A stretch of DNA of 61,604 bases, counting the filler, from Chiloscyllium plagiosum (lineage: Eukaryota): assembly GCF_004010195.1 (NCBI RefSeq). It is 3 parts of one record of this genome, joined end to end, with 100 filler letters (N's around TTAATTAATTAA, not from the genome) between each part and the next. Parts side by side here need not be neighbours in the genome. Positions count along the whole stretch, not along the records: positions 1 to 18,142 come from NC_057710.1; positions 18,243 to 43,676 come from NC_057710.1; 1 more part is not named here. One strand, given 5' to 3'. A program made the position numbers and the translations under genes. Under the pieces are notes generated by a model. The model saw only the letters and a program-made list of their open reading frames with translations, ran no database searches and was not told where the DNA came from. Below are positions 12,050-22,734 of the stretch, piece after piece (position 1 is the stretch's first letter; each line of letters begins with the position of its first letter).

Positions 12050-14165
12050 CACCTTCATACAGATGGCTCCTTGAGTCAAGCAGAACCCCTGACACACCTG
12101 CCAGTCAGGACTCCCCAATTAGACCAGGAGAACAGCACCAATCTGGCAAATCCTATTCAATGAGGTTCACCAATCATTAACTCCATCCCTCGCTAGGTCC
12201 TAGGACATAGGACAATTCAGTCTAAAACAGCATTACTTAAAGCATTTTCTCAGTAGGTCGATTTCCTCGGACTCTGGCTGAGATATTGCTGGTATGTGCA
12301 GGATTGCGGCCCACCTCTTGCATCTCAGAAAGAAATTATCTTCTTTCGCAGGTGGTAATGGCGTCAAGGCTGCAACATCTGCCGTGTGCATCTCTCTGAC
12401 CCAAACATTGTACATCATGGGACCTGTCCTCACTTTGACCATGACTCTTCCCTCTACAGGCCATTCTTATGGATGCAACAGCATTTATTTTTTGCAGGTT
12501 GTAAAGCGCCTCTTGCACATAGAGGATTTTTGTGGCCGGCGTTGGCTTTCCTGAGGCCGGTTCACCCTCCCCACAAGGTCCGGGATATCAAACATAACGT
12601 GGTGTGGAGTCTTCTCCACACTGTCAACTCTGCTGGAGCTACCCCTGCAGTTGTCTGAGCGCTATTTCTAAAATCAAACAGAAACTGGGACAGACTGGTA
12701 TCCTGTGAAGTTGTCGGCTGTTTTCCTAAACCTGCCTTCAATGTTTGGACTCTTCTTTCTCTGGGAGATGCAGCTATCGGTATATGTCGAATGCCATTCA
12801 ACTTTAGGAAGTACTCAACACTTCCTGTTGGCTAATGATTGCCTGTTGTCTGTGAACAACATGTCCAGATGACAGACACAAACAACTTTCCCATCGCAGT
12901 CCTCACATTTGACAATTGAACTTTAGCATATCCAACGACTTTGAATGAGCATGCACAAAGATTAAAAGCATTGATACCACGAACGGACTGGCACATTCGA
13001 CATGTGACTGACTTCATGCTGTACCTGGCCAATTCCATCAATAACATGCGCTGCTCTTGCCAGGTCCAAAACTGATTCCAGTCAGGTTGAGATGACACTC
13101 TTTACCAACACCACCAGTTGTATCGGCGTGGCCAGGATGGAATCTTTTTCCATTCACAGTCTGATATTGTCAGATATGACCGAGCGTGTCCAGAAAGTTG
13201 AAAACCAGAACAGACTCTTCCAGCAGTGGCACCCGCCATGGTGTATCCATCCTTGGGAGTTGGCTTCAGCCATTAACCGCTCGACCACCTGGACCACCTT
13301 AGAATTGCATGCACCTCACTGCTGAATTTGACCTCCCTGTCCTCATCGGGGAGCCTGAGCAGGGCTTTGTGGTCCATTACTAATTCAAATTTATGTGCAT
13401 AAAGATATTAGTTGAAATTTCTCACACAAAAGATTCCCACCAAACTTTTCTTCTCTGTCTGGATGTATCTTCATTCAGCGTTAGGGAAAGCCTGGGAAGC
13501 ATATACTACTGGGCAGTCATCACTGCTGAGCCGGAGGTGAACCAGCAGTAACTGGATACTGTAAGGGAGGGCTTCCCATGTCAACACTAGATCTCACTGG
13601 GGATTATTCTGTGTGACGACATTAAAGATAGCCGTTGCATTTTCATTTCCTGAAAAGCAACTTCTTGGTGACACGACTACCTGCAAAGCTGATGCTTCCT
13701 GAACAGCAACTCAAAGCTGCCAAGATGGAGTACAGGTCATTCCACAATTTTGCATAATAACTCACCAATCCAGGAAACACCGAAGTGTAGATACAAGCAT
13801 GAGAGCCAAGGTTGCACACAGTTTACCTTTGAATGTGTGTAACTCGCTCTTGTCCATGCTGTAGCTCAAGGAGGTCACTTTTTTGTCATTCCTCAGGCCT
13901 TGTAGAAATATTGTGGCCAACCACTTCTGTCTCAGAAGAAATTAACCTTCTTCCACATGTGGTAATGGGGTCAAAGCTGCGACATTTGCCGTGTCCATCT
14001 CGCCCTCAGAGGTTTTTTTTCCACACTGGGAGGGCATGGAGAAACCACAGGTGCAAACAGCTTTGCTTGATATTCTAAGGGGTTGGGTATGTTTGCTCCT
14101 GGCCACTTGCGAGGTTACAGCTAACATGTGACCCTCACATTTGTTCAGAACCACCTGAATGACAC
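12050..14165 (-). mobile_element. Decayed Gypsy element, unit 4
   Basis: NGIRHI...RVQTLKAGLGKQPTTSQDTSLSQFLFDFRNSAQTTAGVAPAEL (12562-12801) is an integrase core. Colinear with units 1 and 2. Confidence 0.8.
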
Positions 14166-14989
14166 AAGCATTGTACAGTCCTGTTCTGTTCCTCTTACAA
14201 AAAATGTAACACTTTGCATTTACCAAAATTAAACTCCATCTGCCACTCCTTAAAAACCTTGTTTACTATATTCTCATCCAAATTCATTACATAAATGACA
14301 AATGGCATTGGACCCTGCACCAATCCCTGGACTCTGTCCACTCCAACCACTCATGGGCACGGTCTACAGGGGGTGGGGGCAAAATAAAATTACACTCAAC
14401 AAAATCAAATAAAACAAATAATACATGAAGAGCTTTGATGAGGAGTCATCAAGACATGAAATCTTAGCTTGCTCTCTCTCTCTCTTAGGGATGCTGTCTG
14501 ACCTGCTGTGATCTTCAGCATTTGTTCATTTCAACAAAATAAATCTCTGTTCTGTTGCTATTGAACACTACTGCAAAGGAAAAACAATGGTTTAAAATCC
14601 ACAGGAGGTACAACTGCTCATTTCAACAAAACATTACTCACTCCACACACCGATCCCCATCAACAGCTTCTGCGACAGCGGCACTGCAGCACAAAAATAA
14701 AAGATTGTCGGCGGTGATGTCCAGCAGCGAGGCAGACTCACTGCAGGGCTGAGGTGATGACACAGCACTGTAAGACACCAGTTCAAAGGGGGACTGGGTA
14801 GGTCTTGAAGACGTTTGTCATTAAAATGACTTACATGTCGTTGTGGACTTGGCGAAGGATGGTGACAAAGTTCATGGAGTCACTAACGCGGAGAAGAACA
14901 ATCTACAAATGCTTCCCAATTGATGGGGTCAAACGCCTTTGTAAGGTCCAAGAAGGCTATTTGCAACAATCATGCCAATTGTGCCTCTA

Positions 14990-17900
14990 CTCATTCAGTG
15001 AGTAGAGCTTCGCTCATTAGTTCAATGTCTCTAGCTTATTAACGCGATTCATTCATTGAAACGAACTACATTCATTCATTCAATCTATCAAACTGCATTC
15101 AGTCATTCAATGAAAAAACTGTACATATTAATTCAATGGGTAGAGCTTCTCTCATTCATTCAATGTCTCAACCTGAACTCATTCATACAAAGACTCAAAC
15201 TGCATTCGTACATACATTGCATCATAGTTCAATCGTAAATTCCATGAATCAACAGTTATTCCTTGATTCAACACAACAAACCTAGCACATTTAGATCATC
15301 AAACCAAATGCACTCAGTCATTCAATGAATCAAACTGCACACGTTATTTCAAAGATTAGAGCTTGTCTCATTCATTCAATGTCTCAAGCTTAACTCATTC
15401 ATGCAAAGGATCAAACCTCAATCTTACATTCAATGGAGCAAACGTTACGTATTGAATCAACAAATCAAACTTATCTTCTGCATATAAGGAATTAAACTGC
15501 ACTCCTTTATTTAATGAAACACACTGGATCCATGAATTCAATGTCTCGTGCTGAACGCATTCATTCAATGAAACAAACTGCATTCATTCATTCATTCAAT
15601 CAAACTTCAATCGTACATTCAAATAATCAAACGTTATTCATTGATGCGATGAAACAAACCAAACTCATTCATGTAATTAATCTAATTGCACTCAGTCATT
15701 CAAAGAAATAAACTGCACATGTTGTTTCAAAGAGTAGAGCTTGTCTCATTCATTCAATGTCTCAAGCTTAACTCATTCATGTAAAGAATCAAACTTCAAT
15801 CTTAAATTCAATGGATCAAACATTACGTATTGAATCAATGAATCAAACTTATCTTCTTCATATACGGAATCAAACTGCACACCTTTATTTAATGAAACAC
15901 ACTGGATCCATTAATTCAATGTCTCGAGCTGAACGCATTCATTCAATGAAACGAACGGCATTCGTCGTTTCAATCAAACAAACTGTATATGTTTATTCAA
16001 TGAGGAGAGCTTCTCTCATTAATTCAATGTCTCACGCTTAGCTCATTCATTCAAAGAATCAAACTGCATTCGTACATATATTGCATCAAACGTCAATCGT
16101 TATTCCTTGATTCAATACAACAAACCTAACGCATTCATATAATGAAGCCAAGTGCATTCGTTCATTCAATGAATAAGATTTCAATCATTGAAGTTTGATT
16201 GAATGAATGAATGAATGCAGTTTGTTTCATTGAATGCATGCGTTAAGTTCGATACTTTGAGTTAATGAGATGATTCATTGAATTAACACATGCAGGCTGT
16301 TTCATTTAATGAATGCATGCAGTTTGACTCACTGAGTGAATGCCCTTTGTTTCCGTAAATAAAGGACTGCAGTTTGATTCATTAGAAGTAGGAGTTAAGT
16401 TTGTGTCATTGATTCAATATCTAACGTTTGATTCATTGAATGAATGATTGAAGTTTTATTCATTGAATAAACGAATGCAGTTGGTTTCATTGTATGAATG
16501 TGTTAGGTTTGTCGTGTTGAATCAAGGAATAACGGCTGATTCATTGAATGTACGATTGAAGTTTGATTCAGTGTATGAATGTGTTAAGCTTGAGACAGTG
16601 AATGAGTGAGGGAAGCTCTACTCATTGAAGTAATGCGTACAGTTTGTTTCATTGAATGACTGATTGCAGTTTGATTCATTGAATGAATTAATGTAGTTCA
16701 TTTCATTGCATTAACCTCGAGACATTGAATGAATGAAAATAGCTCTACTCATTGAATGAGTACATGTAGATTGTTTCATTCAATAAATGCATGCAGTTTG
16801 TTTCAGTAAATAAAGGAGTGAAGTTTAATGCATTATATGCAGGAGATAGGTATGTTTCATTGTTTCAATACAAACGTTTGATTCATTGAATGCACGATTG
16901 ACTTTGATTCAATGAATGAATGAATGCAGTTTGATTCTTTGAATGAATGAGTTAAGCTTGAGACATTGATTGAATGAGACAAGGTCTTATCTTTAAAATA
17001 ACGTGTGCAGTTTCGTACATTCAATGACTGAGTGCATTTGTTTTGATGATATGAATGTGCTCGGTTTGTTGTGTTGAATCAAGGAATAACTGTTGATTCA
17101 TTGAATGTACGGTTGAAGTTTGGTGCAATGTACGTAACGAATGCGGTCTGAGTCTTTGTACGAATGAGTTAAGTTGAATGAATGAGAGAAACTCCACCCA
17201 TTGAATTAATATGCACAGTTTGTTTCATTGAATGACTGAATGCAGTTTGATAGATTGAATGAATGAATGTAGTTCATTTCTTTGAATGAATAGCGTTTAG
17301 CCCAAAACACTGCCCTAATGAGCTAAGCTCTACTCACTGAATGAATACATGGAGTTTGTTTCATTCAATGAATGCATGCAGTTTGATTCACTGAATGAAT
17401 GCGGTTTGTTTCAATGAATGAAGGAGTGCAGTTTGAATGAATGAAGGAGTGCAGGAGATAAGTTTGTTTCATTGATTCAATACACAACGTTTGATTCATG
17501 GATTGTAAGATGAATTGATTGTTTGAATCAATAAATGAATGAATGCAGTTTGATTCTTTGAATGAATGAGTTCAGCTGGAACCATTGATGCAATGCGGAA
17601 TGCTCTACACACTGAATTAACCCGTACAGGTTGTTTCATTGACTGACTGAGTGCAATTAGGTTCATTACATGAATGAGTTTGGTTTGTTTAATCGCATCA
17701 ATGAATAACGTTTGATTCATTGAATGTACGATTGCAGTTTCATTCAATGCATGAATGAATGCAGTTCGTTTCATTGAATGACTGCGTTAAGTTCGATACA
17801 TTGAATTAATGAGGTAAGCTCTACTCATTGATTAAATAAAGGACAGCAGTTTGACTCATTGAGTGAATGATTGAAATCTTATTCATTGAATGAACGAATG

Positions 17901-18142
17901 CAGTTGGCTTCATTATATGAATGCGTTAGGTTTGTTGTATTGAATCAAGGAATAACGATTGACGTTTGATGCAATATATGTACGAATGCAGTTTGATTCT
18001 TTGAATGAATGAGCTAAGCGTGAGACATTGAATTAATGAGAGAAGCTCTCCTCATTGAATAAACATATACAGTTTGTTTGATTGAAAGGACAAATGCCGT
18101 TTGTTTCATTGAATGAATGCGTTCAGCTCGAGACATTGAATT
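14990..18142. repeat. 27-bp satellite (consensus ~AAACTGCATTCATTCATTCAATGAATC) with 378-bp higher-order repeat; orientation flips at ~16187
   Basis: AAAC anchors at 15575, 15602, 15629, 15656, 15710 and 15791 (27-bp period). Diagnostic blocks recur at 15361/15739 and 15511/15889 (378 = 14x27). CATT-rich strand before ~16187, GAAT-rich after. Confidence 0.92.
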
Positions 18143-18242
18143 NNNNNNNNNNNNNNNNNNNNNNNNNNNNNNNNNNNNNNNNNNNNTTAATTAATTAANN
18201 NNNNNNNNNNNNNNNNNNNNNNNNNNNNNNNNNNNNNNNNNN
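18143..18242. other. 100-bp scaffolding gap with artificial TTAATTAATTAA linker (18187-18198)
   Basis: Six-frame-stop 12-mer centred in Ns. Identical construct at 43677-43776. Confidence 0.95.
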
Positions 18243-18741
18243 CCCTGCAGCTACAATCTGGGTTCCCATGCCCCTGCAGAGTTAGTTTAAACCCCCGCCA
18301 AGAGCACTAGCAAACCTCCCCCCAAGGATACTGGTGCCCCTCAGGTTCAGGTGTAGACCATCCTGTTTATAGAGGTCCCACCGTCCCCAGAAAGAACCCC
18401 AGTTATCCAAAAACCGGAATCCCTCCCTCCTGCACCATCCCTGTAGCCACGCATTTAAGTGTTCTCTTTCCCTATTCCTCGAATCTCTATCACGTGGCAC
18501 GGGTAACAAACCAGAGACAACAACTCTGTTCGTTCTAACTCTGAGCTTCCAACCTAGCTCCCTGAAAGCCTGTCTAACATCCTCAGCACTCCTCCTACCT
18601 ATGTCGTTGGTGCCAATGTGGACCACGACTTCGGGTTGCTCCCCCTCCCCCTCCAGGACCCGGAAAACACGATCAGAGACATCACGTACCCTTGCACCTG
18701 GGAGGCAACATACCAAACGTGAGTCTCTCTCGTTCCCACAA
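18243..18741 (-). mobile_element. Young CR1-type LINE ORF1 fragment (SGNH esterase domain)
   Basis: Open frame 18282-18767: CLPGARVRDVSDRV..VVVHIGTNDI..VVSGLLP..FLDNWGSFW..DGLHLN. Confidence 0.88.
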
Positions 18742-18744
18742 CGA

Positions 18745-19975
18745 GGTTGAGAAAGGGGAATGAACATTGGGTACTGGCGAAATAGCCAAGGCCTTGAATA
18801 AGTGTTTTGTTTCAGTCTTCACAGTGGAAGATGTGTCTAACATGCCAAAGAATGATATTTAGAATACGATGGGAGCTGAGGACCTCAGTTCATTTGTTAT
18901 CACTAAAGGGGTAGTGTTGAGAGAATTCGAGGGTCTAAAGATAGATAAATCCCCTGGTCCTGATGGAATGCATCCCAGGGTGCTGAAAGGAAAGATAGAA
19001 GTTATAGTAGCAGTATTAGTGGTAATTTACCAAAATTCATTGGACTCCAGGCATGTCCAGGTGGACTGAAAGACAGTAAATGTCACACCACTGTTTTAAA
19101 AAAGTGTAGGCAAAATGCAAGTAACTATAGGCCAGATAACTTAACATCTGTAGTAAGGAAAATAATGGAGGCTATCATTAAAGAAGAAATAGTGAGACAT
19201 CTGGATGGAAATGATTTGATCAGGCAGATGTAGCATTGATTCAGGAAGGGAAGGTCATGCTTGACAAACTTACTGGAGTTTTTTGAGGATGTAACACGCA
19301 CCATGGATGGAGGGGAACAGGTGGATGTTGTATACTTGGATTTCCAGAAAGCATTCGATAAGGTCCTGCATAAAAGACTCATCCATAAGATAAGAATGCA
19401 TGGAGTTGCAGGGAATGTACTAGCATGGATGGAGGACTGGTTAACCAATAGAAAGCAGAGAGTTGGGATAAATGGGTGTTTCTCTGGTTGGGGATCAGTG
19501 TGAACAGAATGCCACAGGAGTCAGTGTTGGGCCCACAACTGTTCATGATATACATAAATGATCTGAAAGAGGAGACCGAGTTAATGTATCCAAGTTTGTT
19601 GACAACTTTAAATTGAGTAGAAAAGCAAACTGTGCAGAGGATGCGGAGGATCTGCAGAGAGATTTAGATAGGTTAAGTGAGTCAGCATGCATCTGACAGA
19701 TGGAGTACAATGTTAGTAAATGTAAGGTTATCCACTTTGGAAGTAAAAACAGTAGGTCAGAGTATTATTTAAATGGTGAAAGTCTGTAGCATGCTGTTGT
19801 GCAGAGGGATTTTGGAGTGCTTGTACATGACTGGCTAAGAGTTGATTTGCTGGTGCAACAGGTAGTCAGGAAGGCAAAAGGAATATTGGCTTTCATTGCG
19901 AGAAGGATTGAATTTAAGAGCAGGGAGACTTTGCTGCAATTGTACAAGGTGTCAGTGAGGTCATACCTGGCGTAT
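18745..19975 (+). mobile_element. CR1 LINE ORF2 (RT) fragment, inactivated
   Basis: KSPGPDGMHPRVLK; TNLLEFFEDVT..VDVVYLDFQKAFDKV..WLTNRKQRVGING. In-frame stops. Confidence 0.88.
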
Positions 19976-19999
19976 TAGATTAGATTCCCTACAGTGTGG

Positions 20000-22732
20000 A
20001 CGGGAACAAAGCAGAGAACAAGGTAGGACTGATAAATTAAACTGTATTTATTTCAATGTAAGAGGCCTAACAGGCAATGCAGATGAACTCAGGGCATGGT
20101 CAGGAACACGGGGCTGGCATATCAAAGCAATTACAGAAACATGGCTCAGGGATGGACAGGACTGGCAGCGTAATGTCCGAGATACAAATACTATAGAAAG
20201 GATAGAAGGGGGGTGGCAAGAGAGGAGGGGGACTGGAATTTGTGATTAGGGATAACATTACAGCTATACTTAGGGAGGATATTTCTGGGAATATATCCAG
20301 GGAAGTTATTTGGGTGGAACTGAAAAATAAGAGAAGGATGGTCAGTTCATTGGGATCATACTATAGACCCCCTCAATAGTCAGTAGAAAATTCCAAAACA
20401 GATTTGTAAGATCTCAATTATCTGTAAGAATAATAGGGTGGTTGCAGATTTTAACTTTCCAAATGTCAACAAGGATTGCCATAATGTTAACGAATTGGAT
20501 GGAGAGGGATTTGTTAAGTGTGTAGAAGAAAATGTTCTGATTCAGTATGTGGATGTACCTGTGAGAGTAGGTGCAAAACTTGACCTGCTCTTGGGAAATA
20601 AGGCAGGGCAGGTGTGGTGAAACGGTTAAAAATTATGTCCCAATACATGTGTGAATCTAACCGGAATGGAGGTGTTGCTTAGTCCCGTGTGAATCTTATT
20701 ACACACCTCCCCGTGTGAATCTTCTTATCTGTATGTAACCAGAATGGAATGTGTTTTTTAGCCTTGCTCTGCTGTTCACATGAATGTTTATATCTGGAAA
20801 AGAGTATATCAGCTGGAAAAGTCTCCAGTTCGGTGAGTCTGCTCCGGGGTTACGTTTAACCGCCGAGCGTGGGTTGTTGGCAACCGCTCTACGAGAACTG
20901 ACGGCTCCCAGTTCCGGTAACATGTAGAGTGAGTATAAGCCAGACCCGTTGTAAGTATGAGACCTGGTTGTGGCGACGCTGCGGGGAATAAAATGCTCAT
21001 ATTCTAGCAGACTCGCCTCTTGGTCGTTTGTTCTGTGTCAGACTACTCTCCTACGAACCTGACCTTGAGAATTTTTTAAAACAGCAGGTGACTGAGGAAT
21101 CATTGAGGGAGCTCTTTGAGGCCAGTGACCATAATTCTATTAGCTTGAAAATAGTGATGGAAAAGGATAGACTGGATCTGAAAGTTAATGCTCTAATTTG
21201 GAGGAAGGCCAATTTTGACAGTGTTAGGCAAGAACTTTCAAAAGCTGATTGGGGGCAGATGTTTGCAAGTAAAGGAATGGCTGGAAAAAGGGATGCCTCC
21301 AAAAATGCGATAATGAGAGTCCAGAGACAGTATGTTCCTGTTTGGGTGAAAGGCAAGGTTGGCATCTGTGGGAAATGCTAGATGACTAAAGAAATTGAGG
21401 TTTTGGTTAAGAAAAAGAAGGAAACATGTCAGGTAAAGACAGCAGAGATTGAGTGAAACCTCACAAGAATATAAAGGCAGTAGGAGTACACTTAAAAGGG
21501 AAATCAGGAGGCTAAAGGGTTCATGAGATAGCTTTGGCAAGTAGGGTTAAGGAGAATCCAAAGGAGTTCTACAAATACATTTGGGACAAAAGGGTAACAA
21601 TGGAGAGAATAGGCCCCTCAAAGATCAGCAAGACCACCTAGGTATGGAATCGCATGAGATGGGGTAGATACTTAACAAGTATTTTGCATCAGTGTTTACT
21701 GTCGAGAAGGATATGGGACATCGAGAATGTGGGGAAATAAATAGCGACGTCTTGAAAAATGCCCATATTACAGAGGAGGAGGTGTTGAATGTCTTAAAAT
21801 GCATTAAGGTTGATAAATCCCTGAGACTTGATCTGTTGTATCTTAAAACTCAGTGGGAAGCTAAGGAAGTGACTGTTGGGCCCCATGCTGATCAGATGGG
21901 CCAGTGGGCTGATGAGTGGCAGATGGAATTTAATTTAGGTAAATGTGAGGTGCTGTATTTTGGAAAGTCGAATCAGTGCAGGACTAATACACTTAATGGT
22001 AAGGTTCTGGGGAGTGTTGCTGAACAAAGAGGTTCATAGTTCCTTGAAAGTGGAGTCACAGGTAGATAAGATAGTGAAGAAGGTGTTTGATATGCTTGCC
22101 TATTAGCATATTAGCGCATTTAGTATAGGAGTTGAGAGGTTATGTTGTAGTTGTACAGGATATTGGTTAAGTCACTATTAGAATACTGTGTGCAGTTCTG
22201 ATCTCCCTCCTTTAGGAAGGATGTTGTGAAACTTGAAAGGGTTCAGGGAAGATTTACAAGGATGTGACCAGAGTTGAAGGGTTTGAGCTATAGGGAGAGG
22301 CTGAATAGGTTAGGGCTATTTTCCCTGAAGCATCAGAGGCTGAAGGGTGACCTTATGGAGGTTTATAAAATCATGAAGGGCACGGATATGGGAAAGAGAC
22401 AAGGTTTTTTCCCTGAAGAGAGGTCATCCAAAACTAGAGGGCATAGGTTTTAGGTGAAAGGGGAAAGATTTAAAAGGCACCTAAGGGCCAACTTCTTCGT
22501 ACAGAGGGCAGTGTTTGTGTGGAATGAGCTGCTGGTAGAAGTGGTGGACGCTGGTACAATTACAACATTTAAAAGGCATCTGGATGGGTATATGAATCAG
22601 AATGATTTAGAGGGATATGAGCCAAGTGCTGGCAAATGGGACTAGATTAGGTTAGGATATCTGGTTTCATGGACGAGTTAGACCGAAGAGTCTGTTTCCG
22701 AGCTGTGCATCACTATGACTCTATGACTCTCT
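20000..22732 (+). mobile_element. CR1 LINE ORF2 (endonuclease to 3' tail), internally deleted, interrupted by a solo LTR
   Basis: APE remnants (ITETWL, DFNFPNV, LDLLLGN, SDHNSI), RT C-terminus (WADEWQMEFNLGKCEVLYFG) and CTATGACTCTATGACTCT tail. Confidence 0.88.
20613..21083 (+). mobile_element. Solo LTR, 471 bp, TG...CA, 5-bp TSD GCAGG
   Basis: GCAGG at 20608-20612 and 21084-21088. TATAA at 20934, AATAAA at 20987. Removing it restores the CR1 reading GNKAGQVTE. Confidence 0.88.
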
Positions 22733-22734
22733 GA

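Larger units (their letters stand above)
234..14990. repeat. Composite tandem macro-repeat, about 5 diverged units starting near 234, 5364, 9738, 11220 and 14436
   Basis: The same blocks recur in the same order. GGATGCTGTCTGACCTGCTG...CCCCATCAAGAGCTTCTG occurs at ~256, 5412, 11284 and 14489 (partial at 9786). AGAGACAGCTCCTTGAG-like occurs at ~2107, 6668, 10195 and 12060. TGCAACACTTTGCATTTATCAAAATTAA-like occurs at ~4894, 10747 and 14205. Confidence 0.85.

Noticed and set aside
14990..18142. Possible CRISPR-like array or repetitive protein ORFs (15514-16041, 17496-17774)
   Set aside because: Contiguous 27-bp monomers with no unique spacers. The ORFs are by-products of the satellite period.
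18187..18198. TTAATTAATTAA palindrome (also 43721-43732)
   Set aside because: Centred in 100-bp N runs; an artificial contig linker, not biology.
18282..18767. Intact 161-aa SGNH esterase ORF as a host gene
   Set aside because: It is the CR1 ORF1 esterase domain; a decayed homologue lies inside the CR1 at 35007-35258.
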